Shown: piece after piece, positions 38,994 to 47,994 of the stretch | Numbering within the stretch: position 1 is the stretch's first letter | Layout: each line of letters begins with the position of its first letter | NCBI GenBank assembly: GCA_002428495.1 | Contig: DIWR01000024.1 | Location: forward strand, 71,631-135,630 | Source: Synergistaceae bacterium UBA6101 | GTDB taxonomy: Bacteria > Synergistota > Synergistia > Synergistales > Synergistaceae | Length of the DNA: 64,000 nucleotides | Direction: 5' to 3' | The notes under the pieces: generated by a model | What the model was told of the DNA's origin: nothing | The model's input: only the letters and a program-made list of their open reading frames with translations | The model's database searches: none | Position numbers and translations under genes: made by a program

Positions 38994-40172
38994 ATGGCAG
39001 GAACGGAGATATTCGGCATTGAAGAAATTAAGGCGCTGACAGATGTCATTGAAAGAAAAATGATACATAGGTACGGTTCTCACTCTGTGAGAAACGGCAT
39101 ATACCGTGTGGAAGAATTTGAAGAAAAAGCAAAAAAAATAACGGGATCAAAGCACGCGCTTGCGCTGACAAACGGGACTGCCGCACTCATCACAGCCCTA
39201 AAGGGACTGGGAGTGGGGCCAGGCGATGAGGTGATCACGTCCCCCTTTACCTTCATCGCCACAATTGAAGCGATAGTTGCATGCGGAGCTGTTCCGGTCC
39301 TCGGGGAGATAGATGAAACTCTGGGGCTCGATCCTGTTTCAGCCGAAAAACTGATAACGAAAAAGACTAAAGCTTTGGTGCCCGTCCACATGTTCGGTGC
39401 AGCGGCCGATCTTGATCCTTTCATGGAGATAAGCATAATATACGGAATACCCGTGGTCGAAGATGCCTGCGAGGTCGTCGGAGGCACGTACAAAGGAAGG
39501 TATCTCGGATCGATAGGCAAGTGCGGGACCTGGAGCTTTGATCCCAACAAGACACTTACTGTCGGAGAGGGAGGCCTGATACTCACTGACGATGAAGACC
39601 TGTATTTCAAAATGGACTGTTACCACGACCATGGACATATCCACAGCAAGGCGCACGACAGGGGCGAAGAGGGCAAGTTCGGGCTTGGTGTCAATTATAG
39701 GCTGAGCGAGCTTCAGGGTGCGCTGGGCATAGTCGCGCTGGACAAGATGGATGCCACGCTCGAAAAAATAAGAAAGACCAAGAAAAGGATCATTAATTCA
39801 GTGAAAGATACCGGTATAAAGGTCCGTCCGATGCACGATCCCGAGGGTGATACGGCTTCCCATCTGATATTCATGCTGCCCTCACCGGAGGCCGCCGTGA
39901 ATTTCAGTCGTGCGGCCGGGGAGGCGGGGACCGGCTTCAGTATAATATCGCAAAACACATGGCACTACGCGAAACACTGGAAGGCGCTTGAGGAGATGGG
40001 AGAAAAGGATATCTTCGGCACTAAGGCGCCCTCCTATGCCGCTGAGACCATGGCAGCGACAGAAGCCATGCTCAGCAGGGCGGTAATGACCGGGCTTAAT
40101 ATAAACATGAGCGACGGGGAGATCGAGCGTATCATCAGATCTGTAAAGTGCGGGGCAAAGGCGTCCCTGTGA
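38994..40172 (+). CDS. DegT/DnrJ/EryC1-family PLP aminotransferase (KdnA-like candidate)
   Basis: GTAALITALKGLGVGPGDEVI and SFDPNKTLTVGEGG (PLP Lys) motifs. Confidence 0.7.
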   Translation: MAGTEIFGIEEIKALTDVIERKMIHRYGSHSVRNGIYRVEEFEEKAKKITGSKHALALTNGTAALITALKGLGVGPGDEVITSPFTFIATIEAIVACGAVPVLGEIDETLGLDPVSAEKLITKKTKALVPVHMFGAAADLDPFMEISIIYGIPVVEDACEVVGGTYKGRYLGSIGKCGTWSFDPNKTLTVGEGGLILTDDEDLYFKMDCYHDHGHIHSKAHDRGEEGKFGLGVNYRLSELQGALGIVALDKMDATLEKIRKTKKRIINSVKDTGIKVRPMHDPEGDTASHLIFMLPSPEAAVNFSRAAGEAGTGFSIISQNTWHYAKHWKALEEMGEKDIFGTKAPSYAAETMAATEAMLSRAVMTGLNINMSDGEIERIIRSVKCGAKASL

Positions 40173-40236
40173 TCGGCAGTGCCTCTGAGTAATGGAATAA
40201 AAAAGGGCCGCAGAGTGATCTGCGGCTCGCATTTTT

Positions 40237-41412
40237 TCAGGAACGGGGGCTTGACCGAAGTTCCTCTGCAAAACGGCCGAGCCGCTTCATCGCCTCTTTG
40301 AGCGTGTCGACCGAATAGGCGTATGAGATCCTCACATGTTTGTCTCCGCACTCACCGAATGCCGATCCCGGAACCACTGCAACGTTCTCAGCCTTCAGAA
40401 GTGCCGTGCAGAAATCTTCCGAAGTCATCCCGAACTCGGATATGTCGGGAAAAACATAGAAAGCGCCGTACGGCTCAAAACAGGGAAGTCCCATATCCCT
40501 GAACGCTTCCATGAGGAAACGCCTTCTCTGGTCGTATGATGCCTTCATCATCTCAATGTCTTTGTCTCCGTCCCTCAGTGCTGCTACGGCAGCGTACTGG
40601 CTGACAGTAGGGGCGGACATTATGGCGAACTGGTGGATCTTGAGCATGTATTCCATGATATGGGCCGGAGCCAGCGCATATCCGAGACGCCACCCTGTCA
40701 TGGCGTAGGCCTTTGAAAATCCATTGATAAGTATCGTCCGTTCCTGCATGCCGGGCATATTTGCGATGCTGACATGAGCTCCCTTATAAGAAAGTTCGCT
40801 GTATATCTCGTCCGTTATCACTATAAGGTCATGCCGAAGCGCCACTTCGGCGATCTTTTCAAGGTCTTCCCTCTCCATTATGGCTCCGGTAGGGTTGCTT
40901 GGGTAGGACATAAGAAGCGCCTTGGTCTTTTCTGTTATTGCGGCCTCAAGTTTTTCCGGTGTTAGGCGGAACTCTGTCTCGGCACTCAGAGGTATCGGCA
41001 CAGGCACCCCGTCAGAGAGCAGTATGCATGGCTGGTATGAGACGAAGCAGGGTTCGGGGCAGACGACCTCGTCACCGGGATCCAGAAGCGCCCTTAAGGC
41101 AATGTCTATAGCCTCGCTTCCGCCGATCGTCACAACTACCTCGTTTTTGCTGTCGTAATCAAGACCGTATTTTCTTTTTATATTTTTGCATATCTCGTCC
41201 CTTAGCTCGGGGAGTCCTGCATTGGAGGTGTAAAATGTGCGCCCCTTCTGGAGCGCGTACATACCCTCTTCCCTGACGTGCCATGGGGTGTCGAAATCAG
41301 GTTCACCGACCCCCAGGGATATTACGTCAGGTATCTCGTTGGCTATATCAAAAAGCCTCCGTATTCCTGAGGGCTTTATTTTTTTGATCTTTTCGCAGAT
41401 GAAGTTCCTCAC
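40237..41412 (-). CDS. class I/II PLP-dependent aminotransferase (aspartate/aromatic type)
   Basis: KPSGIRRLFD N-terminus and the FSKAYAMTGWRLGY Lys motif. 391 aa. Confidence 0.85.
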   Translation of the reverse strand: MRNFICEKIKKIKPSGIRRLFDIANEIPDVISLGVGEPDFDTPWHVREEGMYALQKGRTFYTSNAGLPELRDEICKNIKRKYGLDYDSKNEVVVTIGGSEAIDIALRALLDPGDEVVCPEPCFVSYQPCILLSDGVPVPIPLSAETEFRLTPEKLEAAITEKTKALLMSYPSNPTGAIMEREDLEKIAEVALRHDLIVITDEIYSELSYKGAHVSIANMPGMQERTILINGFSKAYAMTGWRLGYALAPAHIMEYMLKIHQFAIMSAPTVSQYAAVAALRDGDKDIEMMKASYDQRRRFLMEAFRDMGLPCFEPYGAFYVFPDISEFGMTSEDFCTALLKAENVAVVPGSAFGECGDKHVRISYAYSVDTLKEAMKRLGRFAEELRSSPRS

Positions 41413-41903
41413 GGCGTTACGACCATCCTCAGATCCTTGTGTGGTTCTATGAACAAAGTGCCGTGATCCTTGTACCTCACAAGCACTATATGTGTGGCAG
41501 TGCTCTGCACCTCATCTATCACCGCTAGCTTTGAGGAAACGAAGAAGGCTATCTCTTTCATAGTCGCTTTTTTCAGGATCACTGTGAAATCATATCCTCC
41601 CGACATGAGGTAGAGAGACTCTACCTCCGGGAACTGATATATCTTTTCCGCTATCTTGTCGAAGCCGTTGCCTCTCTGAGGTGTGACTTTCAGCTCGATA
41701 AGGGCGGAGATCTTTTCGTCGTCAGTCTTGTCCCAGTTTATAAAGGCATGGTATCCGCAGATGATATTTTCCTTTTCCATCGCATTTATTTCAGCAGCTG
41801 TCTCATCAGCGTCGCATCCCAGCATTGAGGCGATGTCTTTAGCGTTCAGCCTGGCATCCTTTTCAAGTATTTCGAGTATTTTTTTTCTTATCTCTTTTTC
41901 CAT
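41409..41903 (-). CDS. Lrp/AsnC family transcriptional regulator
   Basis: N-terminal HTH (KILEILEKDARLNAKDIASMLG) plus a RAM/ACT-like domain. 4-nt overlap with the aminotransferase gene. Confidence 0.85.
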   Translation of the reverse strand: MEKEIRKKILEILEKDARLNAKDIASMLGCDADETAAEINAMEKENIICGYHAFINWDKTDDEKISALIELKVTPQRGNGFDKIAEKIYQFPEVESLYLMSGGYDFTVILKKATMKEIAFFVSSKLAVIDEVQSTATHIVLVRYKDHGTLFIEPHKDLRMVVTP

Positions 41904-42020
41904 CTTCAGGTCCTCCCATACGTTAGTGCAGTGTGGATATTCATCACTTTACCGTAAATTGTTGAAAGTGTAATTTTCGTGCCTTTGCAAAGATCAGTCA
42001 AGGGCTTCTCAGTACATGAT

Positions 42021-42054
42021 AAATAAAAAAGATACGGGGCGATCGCCCCGTATC
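42021..42054 (-). terminator. intrinsic terminator after the Mop/TOBE gene
   Basis: Perfect GATACGGGGC/GCCCCGTATC palindrome followed by a T-run on the minus strand (A-run 42021-42030 on plus). Confidence 0.7.
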
Positions 42055-42099
42055 TTTGCGTTTAAAGTTTGATCAGCCGGTGCAGCCTCGTTTTTATAA

Positions 42100-42528
42100 T
42101 TATTCAGCTACGCCTACTATGATATGCGGTGCTTTTATTATCGCAGTGACTTTCTTTCCCGGGACCAGCCCAAGCTTCTTTTCGCTTTCGCAGGTAATGA
42201 TCGCCACAAGTTCGTCCCCGCCGTCGAGAGATACAACTACTTCGCTGTTCACGGAACCGGTCTTAACTTCCTTTACTTTTCCGCAGAGCTGGTTGCGGGC
42301 TGAGAGTTTGATGCCTTCCAGATCCGCCGCCAGTATCACCCAGGATGCTTTTACGAGTGCTATTACCTCTGTTCCCTCTTTGAGTCCAAGGGTCGTTGTG
42401 CTCGTCTCAGTGATTATCGATGTGAGTTCTGCGCCGCCTGGCAGCTTGATGACTATCTCGTCATTAACGGCACCCTTTTTTACCGATTTGACTGTGCCTT
42501 TAAACTGATTGCGTGAGCTTGTAAGCAT
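42100..42528 (-). CDS. tandem Mop/TOBE molybdate-binding domain protein
   Basis: Two repeats beginning SSRNQFKGTVKSV and SARNQLCGKVKEV. ATG 42528 after a GGAGGG SD. Confidence 0.8.
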   Translation of the reverse strand: MLTSSRNQFKGTVKSVKKGAVNDEIVIKLPGGAELTSIITETSTTTLGLKEGTEVIALVKASWVILAADLEGIKLSARNQLCGKVKEVKTGSVNSEVVVSLDGGDELVAIITCESEKKLGLVPGKKVTAIIKAPHIIVGVAE

Positions 42529-42669
42529 TAAAGATCCCTCCAAGTTATATTGTATTTTGCCGATATTTATTGTGTTTTATACCTTTGATACTAACATTGA
42601 ATTTTGTTCATTTCTATCGGCATTAAAGCGTAAAAATTTCATATTTGATCTTTATGCAGCTCATTAATA

Positions 42670-43026
42670 CTATTCTTTGAGAAATTTTTCTTCCCATACT
42701 CCCTCTCTGAAGCCGGTGATGACAAAATCATCTCCTACAAGAAGGGGCCTTTTTACAAGCATTCCGTCCGTTGCAAGCAGCTTTATCTGTTCACCTTGGG
42801 TCATATTCGGGATCTTATCCTTAAGTCCGAGGCTTTTATAAAGCTGTCCGCTTGTGTTGAAAAAATTTTTCAGCTCTGTCCCGCTCATTTTGTGCCATTT
42901 TGCAATTTCCTCTGCTGTAGGGTTATCAGTCTTTATATCGCGCTCCCTGTATTTGATCTTGTTTTTGTCAAGCCATTCCCGGGCTTTTTTGCAGGTCCCT
43001 CACGTCGGATAACATATGAACAGCAT
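42670..43026 (-). CDS. ArsC/Spx-family thioredoxin-fold protein with in-frame UGA (candidate selenoprotein)
   Basis: Reading through TGA at 43002-43000 gives a 118-codon product, MLFICYPT-U-GTCKKAREWLDKNKIKYRERDI...FNTSGQLYKSLGLKDK...VKRPLL, collinear with ArsC/Spx-family proteins. The UGA sits where the family's first redox Cys (CxxC) lies. SD AAGGGGG is 9 nt before ATG 43026. Confidence 0.65.
42970..42986 (-). other. candidate bacterial SECIS hairpin
   Basis: mRNA AAGCC-CGGGAAU-GGCUU starts 14 nt 3' of the UGA, with G residues in the apical loop. The stem is only 5 bp, so this is weak. Confidence 0.3.
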
Positions 43027-43185
43027 AAATTCCATCCCCCTTACATAAGAATTATTTGCAGCTTTTACTGATTATCCGTTATATGATGATCCTTGTACAG
43101 CGGGCAGAGGAATGATGTTAATATATTGCTGTGCTTATATTTTATTATGAAAAACATTCAACCTAACAAAAAGGGGGCAGCAAAA

Positions 43186-44856
43186 ATGAAGGTGCTGGCA
43201 ATAGGCGGAGTCGCAGGAGGAGCCACTGCAGCGGCGAGGCTGCGCAGGCTTGACGAGAAGGCTGAGATAATAATGTTTGAGAAGGGCCCTTACGTTTCAT
43301 ACGCTGCCTGCGGCCTGCCATACTTCCTCGGCGGCAGGATAGTCGATGACGCCAATAAGCTGATAGTGAGGACTCCTGAGCAGTTTGTGAAGAAGTATAA
43401 TATTGACGCAAGAGTGAATAACAGGGTGACTTCTATAGACAGGGAGAACAAAAAGGTAGAGGCCGAAGACCTCCTGACCGGGAAAAAATACACCGAGAGC
43501 TATGATAAACTGATCATATCTACCGGATCTTTTCCTTTCCGGCCAAACATTCCCGGTATAGATTCAGAGGGAGTCTTTACCCTTTGGAACATCCCCGACG
43601 CTGTGAAGATAAAAGAGTACATGAGCGAAAAAAAAGTGAAAAACGTAGTGATAGTAGGCGGAGGAGCCATTGGGCTCGAAGTTGCCGAAAACCTGACTGA
43701 GTCGGGTATAAAAATAACTGTCGTAGAGTTGAGCGACCACCTTATAGCTCCTTTGGATGCAGATATGGCGGCCCTTGTCAATAAATACGTCATGGAAAAA
43801 GGGATAAAGGTCATCCTCAATGACGGCGTAACAGCAATAGAGAAAAATGATGGTGGTTTTACGGTCAGACTCAAAGAAAACGGGGTAGAGGCGGATATGA
43901 TCCTGATGTCTGTCGGAGCGAAACCTCAGAGTGAGCTTGCTAAAGAAGCAGGACTCGACCTCAACGAGCGGGGCTTTATAAAGGTCGATGACCGGATGAG
44001 GACCTCCGATCCGGATATTTATGCAGTCGGCGATGTGACAGAGGTGAAAAACTTTATCACGGGAAAGCCTGCTTCCGCAGCTCTTGCAGGCCCCGCCAAC
44101 AAGCAGGGACGTATTGCCGCCGACAACATCGCCGGAATAAAGAGCAGGTACGGCGGGATACAGGGCACCGGGATACTGAAGATATTCGATATGACAGTTG
44201 CTTTTACGGGGCTGAGTGAAAAAGAGGCACAGAGGAATGGCCTTGATTTTGACAAGGTGCTGGTCTATCACCACCCCCATGCCGGCTATTATCCCGGCGG
44301 AGAGGAAATGGCCATGAAGATCGTCTTCGAGGTGCCGACAGGAAGGATCCTCGGTGCCCAGATAGTAGGCCGCACGGGAGTGGACAAGCGCTGCGACGTA
44401 CTGGCCGCCTCCATCCGCATGGGTGCAACTGCTTATGACCTTACAGAGCTTGAACTGGCATACTCGCCTCCTTTCGGGACCCCTAAGGACGCGGTGAACA
44501 TGGTTGGGTTCGTCATTGAGAACGTTCTGGCCGGAAGACTTGAAAAGGTTGAATGGAGCTCGATTGAAGGCATTCCTGCCGAAGAAGAGGCCATATTTAT
44601 AGATGTCAGGGGGGACGACGATATCTCTGTCTCCGAAATAAAGATAGACGGCTTCCGGCGCATACCGCTGGAGGAACTCCGAGGAAAACTCAGTCAGCTG
44701 GACAGGAACAGGCATGTGTATGTCCACTGCAGGAACGGAAAAGAGGGGTACTACGCTGCGTGCCTCATGAAGCAGGAAGGTTTCGATGTCTCCAACCTTG
44801 ACGGAGGATGCCTCTTCCGCGACTGCTCGATCTGTTCCTGTGAGACAAAGCCCTGA
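43186..44856 (+). CDS. CoA-disulfide reductase/NADH oxidase-type flavoprotein fused to a rhodanese domain
   Basis: MKVLAIGGVAGGATAA FAD motif, redox Cys in SYAACGLPYF, a second GGGAIGLE dinucleotide motif, and a C-terminal rhodanese loop VHCRNGKEG. ATG 43186 after an AGGGGG SD. Confidence 0.85.
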   Translation: MKVLAIGGVAGGATAAARLRRLDEKAEIIMFEKGPYVSYAACGLPYFLGGRIVDDANKLIVRTPEQFVKKYNIDARVNNRVTSIDRENKKVEAEDLLTGKKYTESYDKLIISTGSFPFRPNIPGIDSEGVFTLWNIPDAVKIKEYMSEKKVKNVVIVGGGAIGLEVAENLTESGIKITVVELSDHLIAPLDADMAALVNKYVMEKGIKVILNDGVTAIEKNDGGFTVRLKENGVEADMILMSVGAKPQSELAKEAGLDLNERGFIKVDDRMRTSDPDIYAVGDVTEVKNFITGKPASAALAGPANKQGRIAADNIAGIKSRYGGIQGTGILKIFDMTVAFTGLSEKEAQRNGLDFDKVLVYHHPHAGYYPGGEEMAMKIVFEVPTGRILGAQIVGRTGVDKRCDVLAASIRMGATAYDLTELELAYSPPFGTPKDAVNMVGFVIENVLAGRLEKVEWSSIEGIPAEEEAIFIDVRGDDDISVSEIKIDGFRRIPLEELRGKLSQLDRNRHVYVHCRNGKEGYYAACLMKQEGFDVSNLDGGCLFRDCSICSCETKP

Positions 44857-44875
44857 TCACCGATCAAGATGGCAT

Positions 44876-44920
44876 AAAAAGGCCGGCCCCGCTCTCTTCG
44901 GGGGGCCGGCGTGATTTTTA
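44876..44920. terminator. bidirectional intrinsic terminator
   Basis: GCCGGCCCC-N11-GGGGCCGGC flanked by A- and T-runs, between convergent genes. Confidence 0.7.
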
Positions 44921-44950
44921 TGCCTTCAGGTTTTGTTGCCGGCACAGAAG

Positions 44951-46930
44951 TTACGATTTTGATGCCCTTGTCGCGTTGAGGATCGCAAGCAGAGCGACTC
45001 CTACATCCGCAAAGACCGCTTCCCATAGGCCGGCTATCCCTGCCGCGCCGCCTATAAGGAATAGCCCCTTTACGCCCAGAGCCATGAAGACATTCTGCCA
45101 GACGATAGTCCTGGTCTTTCTAGCTATACGGAGAAGTTCAACAACTTTAAGAGGGGAGTCGTCAAGAATGACCGCATCTGCCACTTCGACCGCGACCTGC
45201 GAGCCGAACCCTCCCATGGCTATGCCCGTCTCCGAGGTCACGAGCACCGGGCCGTCGTTTATACCGTCTCCGACATAGAGGGTCTTTTCTGTCTCACCTT
45301 TGCAAAATTCCATCAATGCTTCAACCTTATCCTCTGGCATCAGCTCGGAACGATACCCGTCGAGTCCGAGTTCATCCGATATCAGGCGGGCTACGCTGTC
45401 ACGGTCTCCCGTAAGCATGTAGACCTCTTTGATCCCCTGCTCGCGCAGCTCTCTTATAGCTCTCCCCGATTCCTTTCTGAGGCTGTCCTGAAGGACTATG
45501 TATCCCATATAGAGGCTGTCTTTCATGACATGGACTACAGTCCCATGAGTTGATACTTCCTCCGGTGTGATGCCTAGATCCCTCATAAGGGCTGCGTTCC
45601 CCGCTGCAGTAACAGAATCCCCTTTTGTAAGGATCATCCCTTTTCCGGAGGACTGTGTGATGAGAGCATCAGGGTCGATCTCCGTCTCTCCCGCAGCTTC
45701 GATTATCGATGCCGCCACAGGGTGTGTAGATCCCACTTCCACAGATGCCGCGGTCTTCAGAAGATCTTCCCTGCTTATATCTTTGAACGTGACGACCTTT
45801 GTGACCTTGAAACGGCCGTATGTCAGTGTTCCTGTCTTATCGAATATTGCAGTCTTGACCTTGCTCAGAGCATCAAAGACATTGGCTCCCTTAACGAGTA
45901 TCCCTCTTTTTGAAGCGCTTCCGATACCCCCGAAATATCCAAGGGGTATCGATATTACAAGAGCACAGGGGCATGATATTACAAGCAGTACAAGTCCCCT
46001 GTAAAACCATTCCCTCAGTTCCCCGTGGCCGGTAAGCGGCGGGATGAATGCCACCATAGATGCCATGGCGAAAACAGCGGGCGTATACCATTTTGCAAAT
46101 TTTGTGATGAAGCGTTCTGTGGGTGATTTACGTGCTGCTGCGTTCTGTACCATCTCGAGCATCCTTGCGATAGTGGAATCTTCAAAGGGACCTGCCGCCT
46201 CTATTGTGAGAAGTCCGTCAAGTGCAAGCGTGCCTCCATGGACCGGATCTCCCTGGATCGCATGGACAGGGATCGACTCACCGGTCATTGAAGATGAATC
46301 GATATCCGAGGCCCCCGATCTTATAATGCCGTCGATAGGTATCATCTCTCCGGGCATGACCTGTATGATGTCGCCCTTTACTATCTCTTTCGGGTCCACA
46401 TCGATCAGCTCGCCATCTTTTATTACTCTTGCAGAGAGGGGTTTGGTAGCCAGAAGCGCTTTTATCGAACGCCTGGATCCGGAAGAGGCCCTCTCCTGGA
46501 AAGCCTCTCCCAACCTGTAAAAGAGCATGACTCCGACAGCTTCCGACATCTCCCCTATCGCTACAGCGGAGAGCGTGGCCGCTCCCATAAGGGTGAACTC
46601 GTTGAAAATATCAAACTTTGATATCGCACGCATTGCGGATCTAAGGACAGGGAGGCCGCAGACCAGGTACAGGACTATGAAAGCCGAACTCAGCAGGACT
46701 CCGTTGACCGATCCTGAATAGAATTCTTCTGTAACAAGCAGCAGGACAAAAAGCAGTGCTGCTGCTGAGAGAAATTTGATCTCCCTGGCAAAAACAGCCT
46801 TTTCTTCGTTCTCATCCTCATCGCATTCGCAAAAAATATTTTCATTTGCTGAGCATGAACAGCATGAGCATTCATGTTCATGCTGTTCGGTATCGTTGTA
46901 GTGCCCTTTTTCGTGTTCAGTACCGCTCAT
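44951..46930 (-). CDS. heavy-metal (Zn/Cd/Co-type) P1B ATPase
   Basis: CPC (ISCPCALVISIP), DKTGTLT and GDGINDG motifs. His/Cys/Glu-rich N-terminus (HEKGHYNDTEQHEHECSCCSCS..CECDEDENEE). ATG 46930 after a GGAGGA SD. Confidence 0.88.
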   Translation of the reverse strand: MSGTEHEKGHYNDTEQHEHECSCCSCSANENIFCECDEDENEEKAVFAREIKFLSAAALLFVLLLVTEEFYSGSVNGVLLSSAFIVLYLVCGLPVLRSAMRAISKFDIFNEFTLMGAATLSAVAIGEMSEAVGVMLFYRLGEAFQERASSGSRRSIKALLATKPLSARVIKDGELIDVDPKEIVKGDIIQVMPGEMIPIDGIIRSGASDIDSSSMTGESIPVHAIQGDPVHGGTLALDGLLTIEAAGPFEDSTIARMLEMVQNAAARKSPTERFITKFAKWYTPAVFAMASMVAFIPPLTGHGELREWFYRGLVLLVISCPCALVISIPLGYFGGIGSASKRGILVKGANVFDALSKVKTAIFDKTGTLTYGRFKVTKVVTFKDISREDLLKTAASVEVGSTHPVAASIIEAAGETEIDPDALITQSSGKGMILTKGDSVTAAGNAALMRDLGITPEEVSTHGTVVHVMKDSLYMGYIVLQDSLRKESGRAIRELREQGIKEVYMLTGDRDSVARLISDELGLDGYRSELMPEDKVEALMEFCKGETEKTLYVGDGINDGPVLVTSETGIAMGGFGSQVAVEVADAVILDDSPLKVVELLRIARKTRTIVWQNVFMALGVKGLFLIGGAAGIAGLWEAVFADVGVALLAILNATRASKS

Positions 46931-47016
46931 TTTGTATATCCTCCGTGACGCCTTCCTTATAAAAAAAGGCAGCAGGCGCATATAGCGCCCGGCTGCCTGG
47001 GGTCAGGCTGAATGAT

Positions 47017-47481
47017 CTAATTATCGAAACGGACAGTATCTCCTGTCTTTACTTTCCCGCCCTTGATGACACGGGTGAAAATTCCCTTTTTGGGCATTAT
47101 GCAGTCGCCGGTCTTTCTGAAGACCTCGCATTTCGTATGGCATTCCTTGCCTATCTGCGAGACCTCAAGGATCGTTTCTCCGACCCTGAGCCTGTCCCCG
47201 ACCTTCAATGCGGAAAGGTCAAAGCCCTCGGTCGTCAAGTTCTCTGCAAAGCTGCCGGGGACAAGATCCGGCAGTTTATCCATCATGGTCCTTATGTCTT
47301 CGACCGCGATCAGGCTCACCTGGCGGTGCATGAATCCGGCATGCGCATCTCCTTCTATCCCCAGTTCCTCAAGAAGGAGCCCTTCGCCGACGTCATGCTT
47401 TATCATCCCTTTTTCAGGGGATGTGCAGACCGCTATTATCTTCCCGACGGTCTCCTTATTCTGCAGCACGGTGGTCCTCAC
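47017..47481 (-). CDS. MOSC domain protein
   Basis: GDAHAGFMHRQVSL, ENLTTEGFDL and QIGKECHTKCEVFRKTGDCIMP match the MOSC family. The start is uncertain (GTG 47481 or 47469). Confidence 0.75.
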   Translation of the reverse strand: MRTTVLQNKETVGKIIAVCTSPEKGMIKHDVGEGLLLEELGIEGDAHAGFMHRQVSLIAVEDIRTMMDKLPDLVPGSFAENLTTEGFDLSALKVGDRLRVGETILEVSQIGKECHTKCEVFRKTGDCIMPKKGIFTRVIKGGKVKTGDTVRFDN

Positions 47482-47959
47482 TTACAAATGTCTCTTCTTC
47501 CTCTTCATGGTCATGGCCGGCATCTCCGCCGCAGGAGCCTCCGCATGCTGTGCAGGTCGCGTTGGCTTTAAATCCCTCCGGGGCCTTGCCTGTCTTGCGG
47601 ATAAAGTAGTCGGCCACAGCAGCCTCTATGCCTTCCTGTGCGAGGAGTGAACAGTGGAGCTTTGCAGGCGGCAGACCGCCTAAGGCCTCTGCCACGTCTT
47701 TGTTGTTTATCTTCAGCGCTTCTGTGATCGTCTTGCCCTTTACCATTTCGGTTATCATCGAGCTTGTCGCTATGGCTGCCGCGCAGCCGAAAGTTTCAAA
47801 CTTTATATCTTCGATTACCTCCTGGTCGTTGATCTTAAGATATATTTTCATGACGTCTCCGCATCTCGGATTTCCTACTTCACCTATCGCGTTAGCGTCA
47901 TCCATCTTGCCTGCGTTTCTGGGATTCATAAAGTAATCTACAACTTTTTCGGTGTACAT
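47456..47959 (-). CDS. nifU: Fe-S cluster scaffold NifU/IscU-type
   Basis: GNPRCGDVMKIYLKI, FETFGCAAAIATSS and LPPAKLHCSLLA motifs, plus a Cys/His/Glu-rich tail. Confidence 0.85.
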   Translation of the reverse strand: MYTEKVVDYFMNPRNAGKMDDANAIGEVGNPRCGDVMKIYLKINDQEVIEDIKFETFGCAAAIATSSMITEMVKGKTITEALKINNKDVAEALGGLPPAKLHCSLLAQEGIEAAVADYFIRKTGKAPEGFKANATCTACGGSCGGDAGHDHEEEEETFVSEDHRAAE

Positions 47960-47994
47960 GGTCCGACATCTCCTTCGTCAGGGATATTCAATAT

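Noticed and set aside
43564-44727. 387-aa ORF on the minus strand
   Set aside because: It lies entirely antisense to the flavoprotein-rhodanese gene, whose product has clear family motifs. It has no SD and no recognisable domain. This is a typical shadow ORF.
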